Part shown: positions 37,162 through 45,202 of the stretch, one piece after another | Numbering within the stretch: the first letter of the stretch is position 1 | How the letters are laid out: every line of letters begins with the position of its first letter | Origin: Parcubacteria group bacterium | GTDB taxonomy: Bacteria > Patescibacteriota > Minisyncoccia > UBA6257 > Colwellbacteraceae | Direction: 5' to 3' | Assembly (NCBI GenBank): GCA_041649615.1 | Contig: JBAZMT010000003.1 | Span: 1,297-65,296 of the forward strand | Length of the DNA stretch: 64,000 nucleotides | Translations under genes and position numbers: made by a program | Notes under the pieces: generated by a model | What the model was told of the DNA's origin: nothing | Seen by the model: only the letters and a program-made list of their open reading frames with translations | Database searches by the model: none

Positions 37162-38500
37162 TCCAATGTTCGACTCGATGTTCAGCTACGATGTTCTTTC
37201 GTTTGACGAAGCCGTTCAACGTCATGGCATGATCCGTGATTGCCTTGCGAAGTTGACGAAGGGGCATACGCCCAATCTACCTAACGACAAGGCGAAGCAG
37301 ATTGTTGGATACCTGCAAGACGCGTGGAACGAATGCATTGGGGCGGGCTCGCCCGACAGTGCAATCGCAGCGGCTCTTCGAGGTATCGTGCCGCTCGACT
37401 ACGTTCCACTTCTCCGCATGCGGAGCGGCATCCCGGCGTCGTACCTGATTGCACGGCTCACGGACGTGCTCATTGACGCTGTTCTGAAGGGCGTAGACAT
37501 CGACGACGACATGCTCTTGCGCGGGCTAGTTGCGGAAGCGTTCAAGGCCTTCGAAGAGCGTCGCAAGAGTGCCGACACGTTGGAGGAAGGGTTCGGCTTC
37601 GATCGGTCTGATGCATGGGCGCAGATGCGCCAAGTGGAAGACCGTCAGGGCGAGGTTTCGCATCTGATGAAGCAGATCGCAAACCTCGCCGGGCGTATGT
37701 ATAAGAGCTTCGAGTACAATGCGATCCCGAGCAAGTGCAAGGACCCGCAAGAAGTCGAAGGTATCGAAACGGGCGGTGACCTCGACAGAATGCTCGACGA
37801 CGAGAAGGCGAGCATCGGTATTGATCCCGACGTTGCCGTTCGAGTTAGCGAAGACCGCGCCAATCAGTTCCGCATGGCAGGCGAGTCAACGAAGAGCCGC
37901 GGCCCGCTCGTAGTTGCAGTTGATGAGTCTGGTTCGATGCACGACCATCGTGAGATCTGGGCCAAGGCCTGCTCAGTGGCGTTGATTCGAGTTGCCCTGC
38001 AAGAGGGGCGAACCGTGCGCATGGTGCACTTCTCGACGGTGACGGATGTTCACGATGTGCGCCCGAACGAGCCGAACGACATGCTCCTCGTCGCCGAAAG
38101 CCATTGCGGTGGAGGCACCGATATCGATGTCGCGATGGAAGTGGCGTTGGAGCAGATCGGAAACCTAGAGAAGGACGGCAAAGAAGGCGCCGACATCGTG
38201 TTCATCACCGACGGCTTGGACAGCTACTCGAAGAGCCACTTCGACAAGATGGTTCAGATGGGCGTTCAGCTTTGGACCGTCGCCATCGACGTGGACATCA
38301 AGGCCGTGTCGGAGCAGCAGAAGCGCAACCGCGGAGCAGCGGGTGCCAGCGGATGGCTCTACGACTACGCTCGGGCGTACGTCCACATCAGCGACTCGAC
38401 TATTCGCGGCAACGGGGCAGGAGCCATCAACGCGGCCCTGCAATTGCGCGAAGCCGCGCTGGACAACGTGACGCGTGAAGAAGAGGCCAGTCGTGGCTGA
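37148..38500 (+). CDS. von Willebrand factor A (VWA) domain protein, partner of the MoxR ATPase (CobT/ViaA-like)
   Basis: C-terminal VWA with MIDAS motif VVAVDESGSM ... TDGLDS. Confidence 0.65.
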   Translation: MGKGDPMFDSMFSYDVLSFDEAVQRHGMIRDCLAKLTKGHTPNLPNDKAKQIVGYLQDAWNECIGAGSPDSAIAAALRGIVPLDYVPLLRMRSGIPASYLIARLTDVLIDAVLKGVDIDDDMLLRGLVAEAFKAFEERRKSADTLEEGFGFDRSDAWAQMRQVEDRQGEVSHLMKQIANLAGRMYKSFEYNAIPSKCKDPQEVEGIETGGDLDRMLDDEKASIGIDPDVAVRVSEDRANQFRMAGESTKSRGPLVVAVDESGSMHDHREIWAKACSVALIRVALQEGRTVRMVHFSTVTDVHDVRPNEPNDMLLVAESHCGGGTDIDVAMEVALEQIGNLEKDGKEGADIVFITDGLDSYSKSHFDKMVQMGVQLWTVAIDVDIKAVSEQQKRNRGAAGASGWLYDYARAYVHISDSTIRGNGAGAINAALQLREAALDNVTREEEASRG

Positions 38501-39317
38501 AGGCCTCATCAGGCAAGGAATTAGGGGACTCAGCGAGGGGTGGACTCTCGCTGAGTTCGAGCAGTATGCCGGCGGAGAAGTCCGCCGGTTGGCGAACAAG
38601 ATGCTTCGTCAGCAACGCTACATCCCTCTCGAGCTTGACGACTTGGTTCAGGTCATCATGTTCACGATCTGGGATCGTTGCATTCACTGGGATGGCCGTG
38701 GCTCAGTCGAGGGCTACGTGATGTTCAAGGTTCGGTGTCAAGTCGTTCGTGAGATGATGTGGGCGAAGGGGCTCGCCCGCGACAGTCACAACCAATGGGT
38801 CGGGGCCGCGTTGATACCGGTGGGCGATGACTTCTCGTTCGAGCCTGAAGTGTTCGAAGGTGTGACACCTGAAGATCTGGCAGATGCCAAACGGAGCGTC
38901 GATGAGTTCGTCGAACTAGCGTGCAAGACTGAGCGTGAAACGGTGCTAGTGATGACGGCCTTGAAGGAAGGAACTCAGCACGGGGCGAAGGTCCTTTACG
39001 AGCAAGAGAACGTCGAAGCGCTCGGGCTAGTCCGGGACATCGAGTGGATTCAAAAGGCAATCACCCGCGCATTGAAGCGGGCGAGGAAAGAATACTATGG
39101 CGACGAAACGTACGATGAAGCCGAAGGTGGAGAAGATCGTAGAGGGTGTGAGGCTGAAGGAAGTCAAGGAGGACATTGCGCGCAAAGCCTACAGACTCGC
39201 GAAGAAGGCTGCGAGCAAGATGTCCCTTCCACCGATGGAGTTACCAGACGAAAGCGGACTCGATCTCGAAGGCGTAGTTCGCAACCTAGTGCTCTGGTAT
39301 CGTGTTGCGACGCCTGA
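38475..39317 (+). CDS. sigma-70 family (ECF-like) sigma factor
   Basis: Region-2-like LDDLVQVIMFTIWDRC...YVMFKVRCQVVREMMW and a region-4-like HTH near the C-terminus. The 3' ~220 nt overlap the next gene out of frame, so the true end is uncertain. Confidence 0.45.
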   Translation: MKKRPVVAEGLIRQGIRGLSEGWTLAEFEQYAGGEVRRLANKMLRQQRYIPLELDDLVQVIMFTIWDRCIHWDGRGSVEGYVMFKVRCQVVREMMWAKGLARDSHNQWVGAALIPVGDDFSFEPEVFEGVTPEDLADAKRSVDEFVELACKTERETVLVMTALKEGTQHGAKVLYEQENVEALGLVRDIEWIQKAITRALKRARKEYYGDETYDEAEGGEDRRGCEAEGSQGGHCAQSLQTREEGCEQDVPSTDGVTRRKRTRSRRRSSQPSALVSCCDA

Positions 39318-40620
39318 ACGAGATCTGTGTGATTGCACGACGTGCGGTGGAGACAGCGATTCGCGTTTGGATGCGTGCCCGTTCTGCGGGGACAGCGAGA
39401 CCGAGGCAGACGCCCCCGAAGAGCTAGCCAAGCCGGCCGCGCCAGAAAAGCCCGTCAAGGCGGAGAAGCCCGCCAAGGCGGAGAAGCCTGCCAAAGAGGA
39501 GAAGCCTGCCAAGCCTGTCAAGGCGGAGAAGCCTGCCAAGTCCGCTAAGGAGGAGAAGCCTGCCAAGGCAGAGAAGGCCGAGCCCAAAGAGGAACCGAAG
39601 CCAACGCCGAAGCCAGAGGCTCCAGCGAGGCGAAAGGTGAAGCCAGCCGTGACGCTCGACCCTCCGCTGGAAACGAATGCCCCGGTCGCATCGAAGGTGA
39701 TTGCGAAGACGGAGGATGGTACCGAGGTCATCGACAAGGATGCAGCCAAGGTCGATTCGCTCGACGACGCGGTTCAGAAGATTGCTGAGCTGAAGAACCG
39801 TTCGGCGAAGGGCATCTGGGACATGGGGGTAGAGATTCAGCGCATCTTCGATCAGAAGCTTTGGCGCTTGCGCGTGACAGAGAAGGGTCATGCAACGTAC
39901 AAGACGTTCGCTCAGTTCTGCAAAGCAGAGCTCGAGATGGGGTACTCGCACGCGAACCGGTTGATGCAGGTAGCGTCAACGTTCCCGAAGGAGATGATGG
40001 AGAGAATTGGGATTTCGAAGTGCTCCATCATGCTGCATTTGCCACCCGAAGCCCGTGCGAAGTTGCTCGAGGGAGCAGAGAACAAGAGCAAGTCGACGCT
40101 CAGCAAAGAAGCACGTGAGCTGAAGGAAGGCGATGCACCGAAGATACCTCGAACGGCTTTGACCGTTGCGATGGCACCCGGTGTCGTCGAGATCCCGATG
40201 ATGGCTCGACCGAAGGACGGTATTCGAAAGAATGGCGAAGTGCCAGCGGTGTCGCTCGATGACGAGCCGGCTTGCATTGAGAAGCTCCCGAACAACGTTC
40301 AGGTGAGGTACATCATCTTGAGAGATCGCGAAGGCAAGTTGTTCCTTCGCATCGATCGCCGTCGAATTGCAGACGGTAGGCTTTTCACGGACGAGCCTGA
40401 AAACCAGGACGCCGAAGAAGAAAGGGACGAGTTGGATATGGACGTGCTCGACGAAGTTGAAGGTGACGAAGAGGATACCGACGAGAACGAAGACGAAGAG
40501 GATACCGACGCCGAAGAAGTCGACGACGAAGACGAGGACGACGACGAAGACGAGGACGACGACGAAGACGAGGACGACGACGAAGACGAGGACGAGGACG
40601 ACGAAGAGGAAGAGAAGTAG
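39097..40620 (+). CDS. DNA-binding protein: Zn-ribbon + (KPAKAEKPAK)n lysine repeats + HTH-like core + ~65-residue poly-Asp/Glu C-terminal tail
   Basis: CDCTTCGG...CPFCGD; AKP/EKP repeats; IAELKNRSAKGIWDMGVEIQRIF core; terminal DEDEDDDEDEDDDEDEDDDEDEDEDDEEEEK encoded by GAC/GAA/GAG codon repeats. Confidence 0.55.
   Translation: MATKRTMKPKVEKIVEGVRLKEVKEDIARKAYRLAKKAASKMSLPPMELPDESGLDLEGVVRNLVLWYRVATPERDLCDCTTCGGDSDSRLDACPFCGDSETEADAPEELAKPAAPEKPVKAEKPAKAEKPAKEEKPAKPVKAEKPAKSAKEEKPAKAEKAEPKEEPKPTPKPEAPARRKVKPAVTLDPPLETNAPVASKVIAKTEDGTEVIDKDAAKVDSLDDAVQKIAELKNRSAKGIWDMGVEIQRIFDQKLWRLRVTEKGHATYKTFAQFCKAELEMGYSHANRLMQVASTFPKEMMERIGISKCSIMLHLPPEARAKLLEGAENKSKSTLSKEARELKEGDAPKIPRTALTVAMAPGVVEIPMMARPKDGIRKNGEVPAVSLDDEPACIEKLPNNVQVRYIILRDREGKLFLRIDRRRIADGRLFTDEPENQDAEEERDELDMDVLDEVEGDEEDTDENEDEEDTDAEEVDDEDEDDDEDEDDDEDEDDDEDEDEDDEEEEK
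40435..40617 (+). repeat. GAC/GAA/GAG codon-repeat tract encoding a poly-Asp/Glu tail
   Basis: gacgacgaagacgaggacgac... spanning about 180 nt. Confidence 0.8.
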
Positions 40621-40623
40621 ATC

Positions 40624-43227
40624 ATGAGGCGTTTAGTAACCAACGGGCAGAAGGAACGTCAGGTGCGGATCGATGCAATTGTCGATCTCCCAAACCAAAC
40701 AACAATCGCACCTGATGTTCCTCCTGTCCGTGGGTTGCTGAACGTCGCTCAGAACAAGGACAACATCATCATCGTTGAGCGCAATGGCGATGAGGTCATT
40801 GTGCGAGAACGGGCCGCTGAATTCTCGTGCTTCATTAGGAACGACATCGACGATGAAACGAAGCGGAAGATTCGAAACCATCGAGCCGTCAAAGGCATGC
40901 TCGAAGAGGGCGATTGGATTCGGATCTTGTGGAAGAGTAGCTTCGAAAGAGAAGATCTCTGCAAGAAGCTCGAAGCGGACGGCGTGCGAACATACGAAGG
41001 AGATGTCGGCGCCGTCCGCCGCTTTTTGACAGATCACAAGATCCCGCACGTTACGCCGAGGCTTTGCTACTACGACATTGAAACGGACAGTCGCGTGCCC
41101 GTGCGGCTTGCAGCCGAAGGCAAAGCTCGAATCCTATGTTGGTCTGTTATCGGTGCTGACGGCAAGGTGACCGTCGGCGTGCTTGATGATGACACTGACA
41201 CGGCCGAACGAGCGTTGCTGCAACGGCTCATCAAGACGCTTGAACAATACGATCAAGTCGCTTCGTGGAACGGGGACAACTTCGACTTCCCCGCAACGAA
41301 GGCGCGATGCGCCCAACGACGCATCTCAGTGAACTTCGACCGATGGCTATGGCTCGACCAGATGGATCTCTTCATCCGGATGAACACCATGGCCGCGGAG
41401 TCCGGAGAAGAGAAGGCGAGCTACTCGTTGCAGGCCATCTCGATGGCATTGCTCGGCGTTGGCAAGGACGACATCGACGCGAGCAGGACCTACGAGTATT
41501 GGGCAGCCGGTGGTGAAGAGCGCCAGAAGCTCGTTCGATACAACGTCACCGACGTGAAGCGACAGCGCGGTATCGAAGAGAAGACGGGCTACATCGCGCT
41601 CCTTCAGACGTTGGCGGAAACGACCAACGTGTTCCCCGACTCGAGGGGCATGAACCCAACGATCCAGGCCGAAGGCTTCTTGCTTCGTCTTGGCGCTGAT
41701 AGGAACTATCGGTTCCCAAGCAACTTCGAACGCGGGCACTCGGACAGGTTCAAGGGCGCCTTCGTGATGGAGCCGCAAGGAAGCGGCATCATCAAGAACG
41801 TTCACGTCGGCGACTTCGCGTCTCTGTACCCGAGCATCATCGTCACGTGGAACATGAGCCCAGAGACGCTGATTGCGGATGAAGCATTGGCGCAAGCGAG
41901 CGCGCTGGACGAACCGTATTGCACGGCCCCAATCACGGGCACGTGCTTCCTAACCAGAGAAGAAGGCATTCTTCCGCACGCCGTCAAAGAGGTGATGCGG
42001 TTGCGGAAGTATTGGAACGATCTGAAGGCGTCGTATCCGCCAGGTTCAGACGAATGGGTGAGCGCGAATCGCAAGGCGACGGCATACAAGATCGCAGCGA
42101 ACTCGTTCTACGGTGTCATCGGTAGCCCGATGAGCCGCTTCTTCAGTCGAGATGTAGCTGAAGCGGTGACGCAGGCAGGAGCATGGCTCATTCAAGAGAC
42201 GATGGCGGCCGCCGAAGCGCGGACGATGCATTCGATCTATGGAGACACCGATTCGCTCTTCATTGGTAACTGTACTCGCACGCAATTTGAGGTCTTCGTC
42301 GAATGGTGCAATCACGACTTCTACCCGGTGAAGCTCAAGGACCTTGGTTGCAAGGAGAATCTGATCAAGCTTGCCTACGAGAAGGAATTCGAACGCATCA
42401 TCTTCATCTCAGCGAAGAAGTATGTTGGGCGCTACGTTCACTTCAAAGGCACGATGGCAGACGCGTCGAGCAAGCCCGAAGTCAAAGGCCTCGAGTACAA
42501 GCGCGGCGACAGCATCAGGGTCGCGCGTAACTTCCAAGCCGAGGTGATCGATCTACTGGTAGGCATGGAGAACGGTGGTCACGAGGACACCGAAACGTTC
42601 GATGAGGTCATTGCACGTTGGCAGGCTTCGATCTTGAACGACCCGTTGACGATAGACGACATCTCGATGGCGAAGCGCTTGAACAAGCCGCTCAACGAGT
42701 ATGCCCGCAAGCGCACGAAGGACGGCGGTTGGGCGAAGCAACTTCCGCACATCGAACTCGCACGCAAGATGATTGAACGCGGTGAGGACGTGCGCGAAGG
42801 CACGAAGGTCACGTACTTCGTCTATGACGCCAGTCACAAGGGTGACGTCGAATACCGGCTCAAGGAAGAGTGGGACGGTACCTTCGATCGGTACGAATGC
42901 TGGGAGAAGCTTACTTGGCCACCGACGCAACGGTTGCTCGAAGCGGCGTTCCCCGGGCACCCTTGGGACGACCAATACGGGTCGGTCCGCCCCAAGACCC
43001 CACGAGCTCCGCGGGCTACCAAGGCCAAGGCCCCACCGAAGGGCGCCTACACCCAAGACATGACGGAGGAGTTTTCCCAGGCTCAGCAGGAGGTCGCCAG
43101 CGGCCTAGGCAAGCGAGGCACGGCCAAGGCCCCACCCGTGCGGGGCTCCGCGCTGGACCCCTCGCCTATGACGACGCCAGCCGGGCCAGGTCGGAGACGC
43201 CGTGTCTCGTCGGCTGCTTCCTCCTGA
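40624..43227 (+). CDS. family B DNA polymerase with 3'-5' proofreading exonuclease
   Basis: Exo I YYDIETD, Exo II WNGDNFDFP, Exo III YNVTDV; PolB motif A DFASLYPSI and motif C YGDTDSLFI. Confidence 0.85.
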   Translation: MRRLVTNGQKERQVRIDAIVDLPNQTTIAPDVPPVRGLLNVAQNKDNIIIVERNGDEVIVRERAAEFSCFIRNDIDDETKRKIRNHRAVKGMLEEGDWIRILWKSSFEREDLCKKLEADGVRTYEGDVGAVRRFLTDHKIPHVTPRLCYYDIETDSRVPVRLAAEGKARILCWSVIGADGKVTVGVLDDDTDTAERALLQRLIKTLEQYDQVASWNGDNFDFPATKARCAQRRISVNFDRWLWLDQMDLFIRMNTMAAESGEEKASYSLQAISMALLGVGKDDIDASRTYEYWAAGGEERQKLVRYNVTDVKRQRGIEEKTGYIALLQTLAETTNVFPDSRGMNPTIQAEGFLLRLGADRNYRFPSNFERGHSDRFKGAFVMEPQGSGIIKNVHVGDFASLYPSIIVTWNMSPETLIADEALAQASALDEPYCTAPITGTCFLTREEGILPHAVKEVMRLRKYWNDLKASYPPGSDEWVSANRKATAYKIAANSFYGVIGSPMSRFFSRDVAEAVTQAGAWLIQETMAAAEARTMHSIYGDTDSLFIGNCTRTQFEVFVEWCNHDFYPVKLKDLGCKENLIKLAYEKEFERIIFISAKKYVGRYVHFKGTMADASSKPEVKGLEYKRGDSIRVARNFQAEVIDLLVGMENGGHEDTETFDEVIARWQASILNDPLTIDDISMAKRLNKPLNEYARKRTKDGGWAKQLPHIELARKMIERGEDVREGTKVTYFVYDASHKGDVEYRLKEEWDGTFDRYECWEKLTWPPTQRLLEAAFPGHPWDDQYGSVRPKTPRAPRATKAKAPPKGAYTQDMTEEFSQAQQEVASGLGKRGTAKAPPVRGSALDPSPMTTPAGPGRRRRVSSAASS

Positions 43228-43300
43228 CCCTTGGGGGATCACCCCCTACGCCCAACGGGTTGACGCCCGGGCAAAAGGTCTGGCTTGGGGTTTCGAGAAA

Positions 43301-43320
43301 TTGGGTGAGATATCCACACT
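43301..43320 (+). promoter_or_regulatory. TTGGGTGAGATATCCACACT conserved promoter-like element, copy 2
   Basis: 20/21 nt identical to the copy at 57506; 19 nt upstream of the ATG at 43340. Confidence 0.5.
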
Positions 43321-43339
43321 GAAGGCAACGGAGACAGGC

Positions 43340-44098
43340 ATGGCAAGCAACACAGAGCGCGCAGACGCGGCAATCAATAGTCTCTTCAGAACAGCGCCGT
43401 CGAACCGTTCAGCGGCGCAGAAGATAGAAGCGGTCGGTGACCAGCGGATTGCAACGATGCGCCGAAAGGCTGAGCAGGTGAAGGAGCTTGCTAATGCCCC
43501 GGCGACGGAGACAGGCAAGGTTGAACGGCGCAAGCCAGTCATGCCAGAGACAACGGAGAAGAAGCGGGTTGCCCGTTCGTTCGATCCTTCAGCCGAGATA
43601 TCGATCGAAGACATGCCCTTACTCCCGCCGTCGTGGATGCGCATCCAGGAACGCGCCTTCAAGTTGGAGGACCCTGAGGCCGAGTTCAACGAATTGGAAG
43701 AAGCCCTAAAGCTCACCGACGCGTTGACGCCGGGCAACCTGCAAGAGGCCTTGAACCGAGCGGAGGACAACGCTCGGCGCGCTCATCGGCTCTACATTGT
43801 CGCTCGTATCGAGTACGAGAAGTTCGAACTCGAGGCCTCGCCAATCATCGAAGCGATGCGGGATGCCGCGAGCAAGGACTTGCAGGGTGAGAAAGATCGC
43901 AAGGAGCGGTCAAAGGCTATTACCGAGGCCGATATCAAAGGCCGGGCCAGCGTGCTCTTCGCCGACGAATGGGCGATTGCCATGGAACGGAAGATCAAGG
44001 CCGAGGGCATGATGGACACCCTGAAGTCGTTCGCGGAGCTTTGGCGGCAACGTTGCTTCTCGTTGAGCTCGATGCTCAACAGTGGTAAGCGTAGCTAG
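43340..44098 (+). CDS. hypothetical coiled-coil protein
   Basis: ATG 19 nt downstream of the TTGGGTGAGATATCCACACT motif; charged helical composition. Confidence 0.5.
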   Translation: MASNTERADAAINSLFRTAPSNRSAAQKIEAVGDQRIATMRRKAEQVKELANAPATETGKVERRKPVMPETTEKKRVARSFDPSAEISIEDMPLLPPSWMRIQERAFKLEDPEAEFNELEEALKLTDALTPGNLQEALNRAEDNARRAHRLYIVARIEYEKFELEASPIIEAMRDAASKDLQGEKDRKERSKAITEADIKGRASVLFADEWAIAMERKIKAEGMMDTLKSFAELWRQRCFSLSSMLNSGKRS

Positions 44099-44160
44099 TT
44101 GATCGAGAAAGTTGCCAGGACGTGGAACACCCTGGCATCGTGAGCAGCAAGGAGATCTGA

Positions 44161-44406
44161 ATGTCGAACCCCGCTTGGAACTGTCCGCACTGCGGAAGTC
44201 GTGTTGCCGTCGAAGGTAAGCTCGATTCGAACGTTGCACTTCGGTGCTCCGCATGCGGCCAACTGCAAACCTTTCAACGCTTCGAAGACTTGATTCGGTA
44301 TGAAGATCGTCTCGAGGCGTTGCAGGTGGTTCAGCCATTGACTGAGCCAAGGAACCTCGCACGCGAAGCGATGCTGTCAATGCAGTGCTCGCATCTCGTG
44401 CATTGA
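44161..44406 (+). CDS. small Zn-ribbon protein
   Basis: CPHCGS...CSACGQ motif; 81 aa. Confidence 0.45.
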   Translation: MSNPAWNCPHCGSRVAVEGKLDSNVALRCSACGQLQTFQRFEDLIRYEDRLEALQVVQPLTEPRNLAREAMLSMQCSHLVH

Positions 44407-44421
44407 TAGAAAGAGACGAAG

Positions 44422-44922
44422 ATGAGCAAGAGCATTCTCGTTAGCGATGATACGTACAAGACGATCAAGGAGTTCTCCGACGCGTCGGGGAAGGACATCA
44501 AGGCGACGGCTGAGAAGCTGATCAATACCGGCGTCAGCCGTTTGGCGGCTCTCGCCAAGTACTCCGGTGCGAAGGCGAAGCCGAAGAAGGAAAAGAAGGC
44601 CAAGGCTTTGAAGCCCCCGAAGGCTGCGAAGTCCAAGCCCCCGAAGGCTTCGAAGGCCTCGAACGACGTGAAGGTGCCGAAGGCCCCGAAGACTCCCAAG
44701 GTCGCCAAGGAAGCCAAGGCCCCGAAGGTTGCCAAGGAAGCCAAGGCTCCCCGCGCTCGCAAGGCACGAAGCCCAAAAGCCGTAGCGACCGAAGCAGACC
44801 CCGATCGAGTTGAGACGGTCCAGGACCAATCAACCGTTCGCGCTTCGGTCGCGGCCATCGAACTTCCGGCTCCCGAGCAACGCATGGACGTCGGCGTAGA
44901 AGACGCTCCGGGGTTCGAATGA
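44422..44922 (+). CDS. histone H1-like lysine/alanine/proline-rich DNA-binding protein
   Basis: AKAKPKKEKKAKALKPPKAAKSKPPKASKA repeats following a small globular N-terminal domain. Confidence 0.5.
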   Translation: MSKSILVSDDTYKTIKEFSDASGKDIKATAEKLINTGVSRLAALAKYSGAKAKPKKEKKAKALKPPKAAKSKPPKASKASNDVKVPKAPKTPKVAKEAKAPKVAKEAKAPRARKARSPKAVATEADPDRVETVQDQSTVRASVAAIELPAPEQRMDVGVEDAPGFE

Positions 44923-45161
44923 CCAACGAGAAGCGGTTATCGATCGCGCTGGAAAACTGTCTACGGACAATGACGGCGGAACAACTCAAGGCTCTCTGCA
45001 ACGAGCAGATTGACAGCCTTGTCAAGAGCCTTCCGAAAGAAGCGGGCGGCTCAAAGGTGGTGATGGAAGGGCGGTCCCGTGGTAAGGGTACCGCTCAACC
45101 AACGGCTCAAACGAACCTGCCAAAGGTTCGAAAGGCCGTAGGATCATTGGACGTCCGCTAG
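44919..45161 (+). CDS. hypothetical protein
   Basis: 80-aa ORF with ATGA coupling. Confidence 0.35.
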   Translation: MTNEKRLSIALENCLRTMTAEQLKALCNEQIDSLVKSLPKEAGGSKVVMEGRSRGKGTAQPTAQTNLPKVRKAVGSLDVR

Positions 45162-45202
45162 GGCGTTCAAGGGCAAACAACGGACAACTAGAGGACAATC
45201 AC

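Noticed and set aside
40299-40643. Minus-strand poly-Ser ORF (SSSSSSSS...)
   Set aside because: It is the reverse complement of the GAC/GAA/GAG tract encoding the acidic tail of the + strand gene, so it is a shadow ORF.
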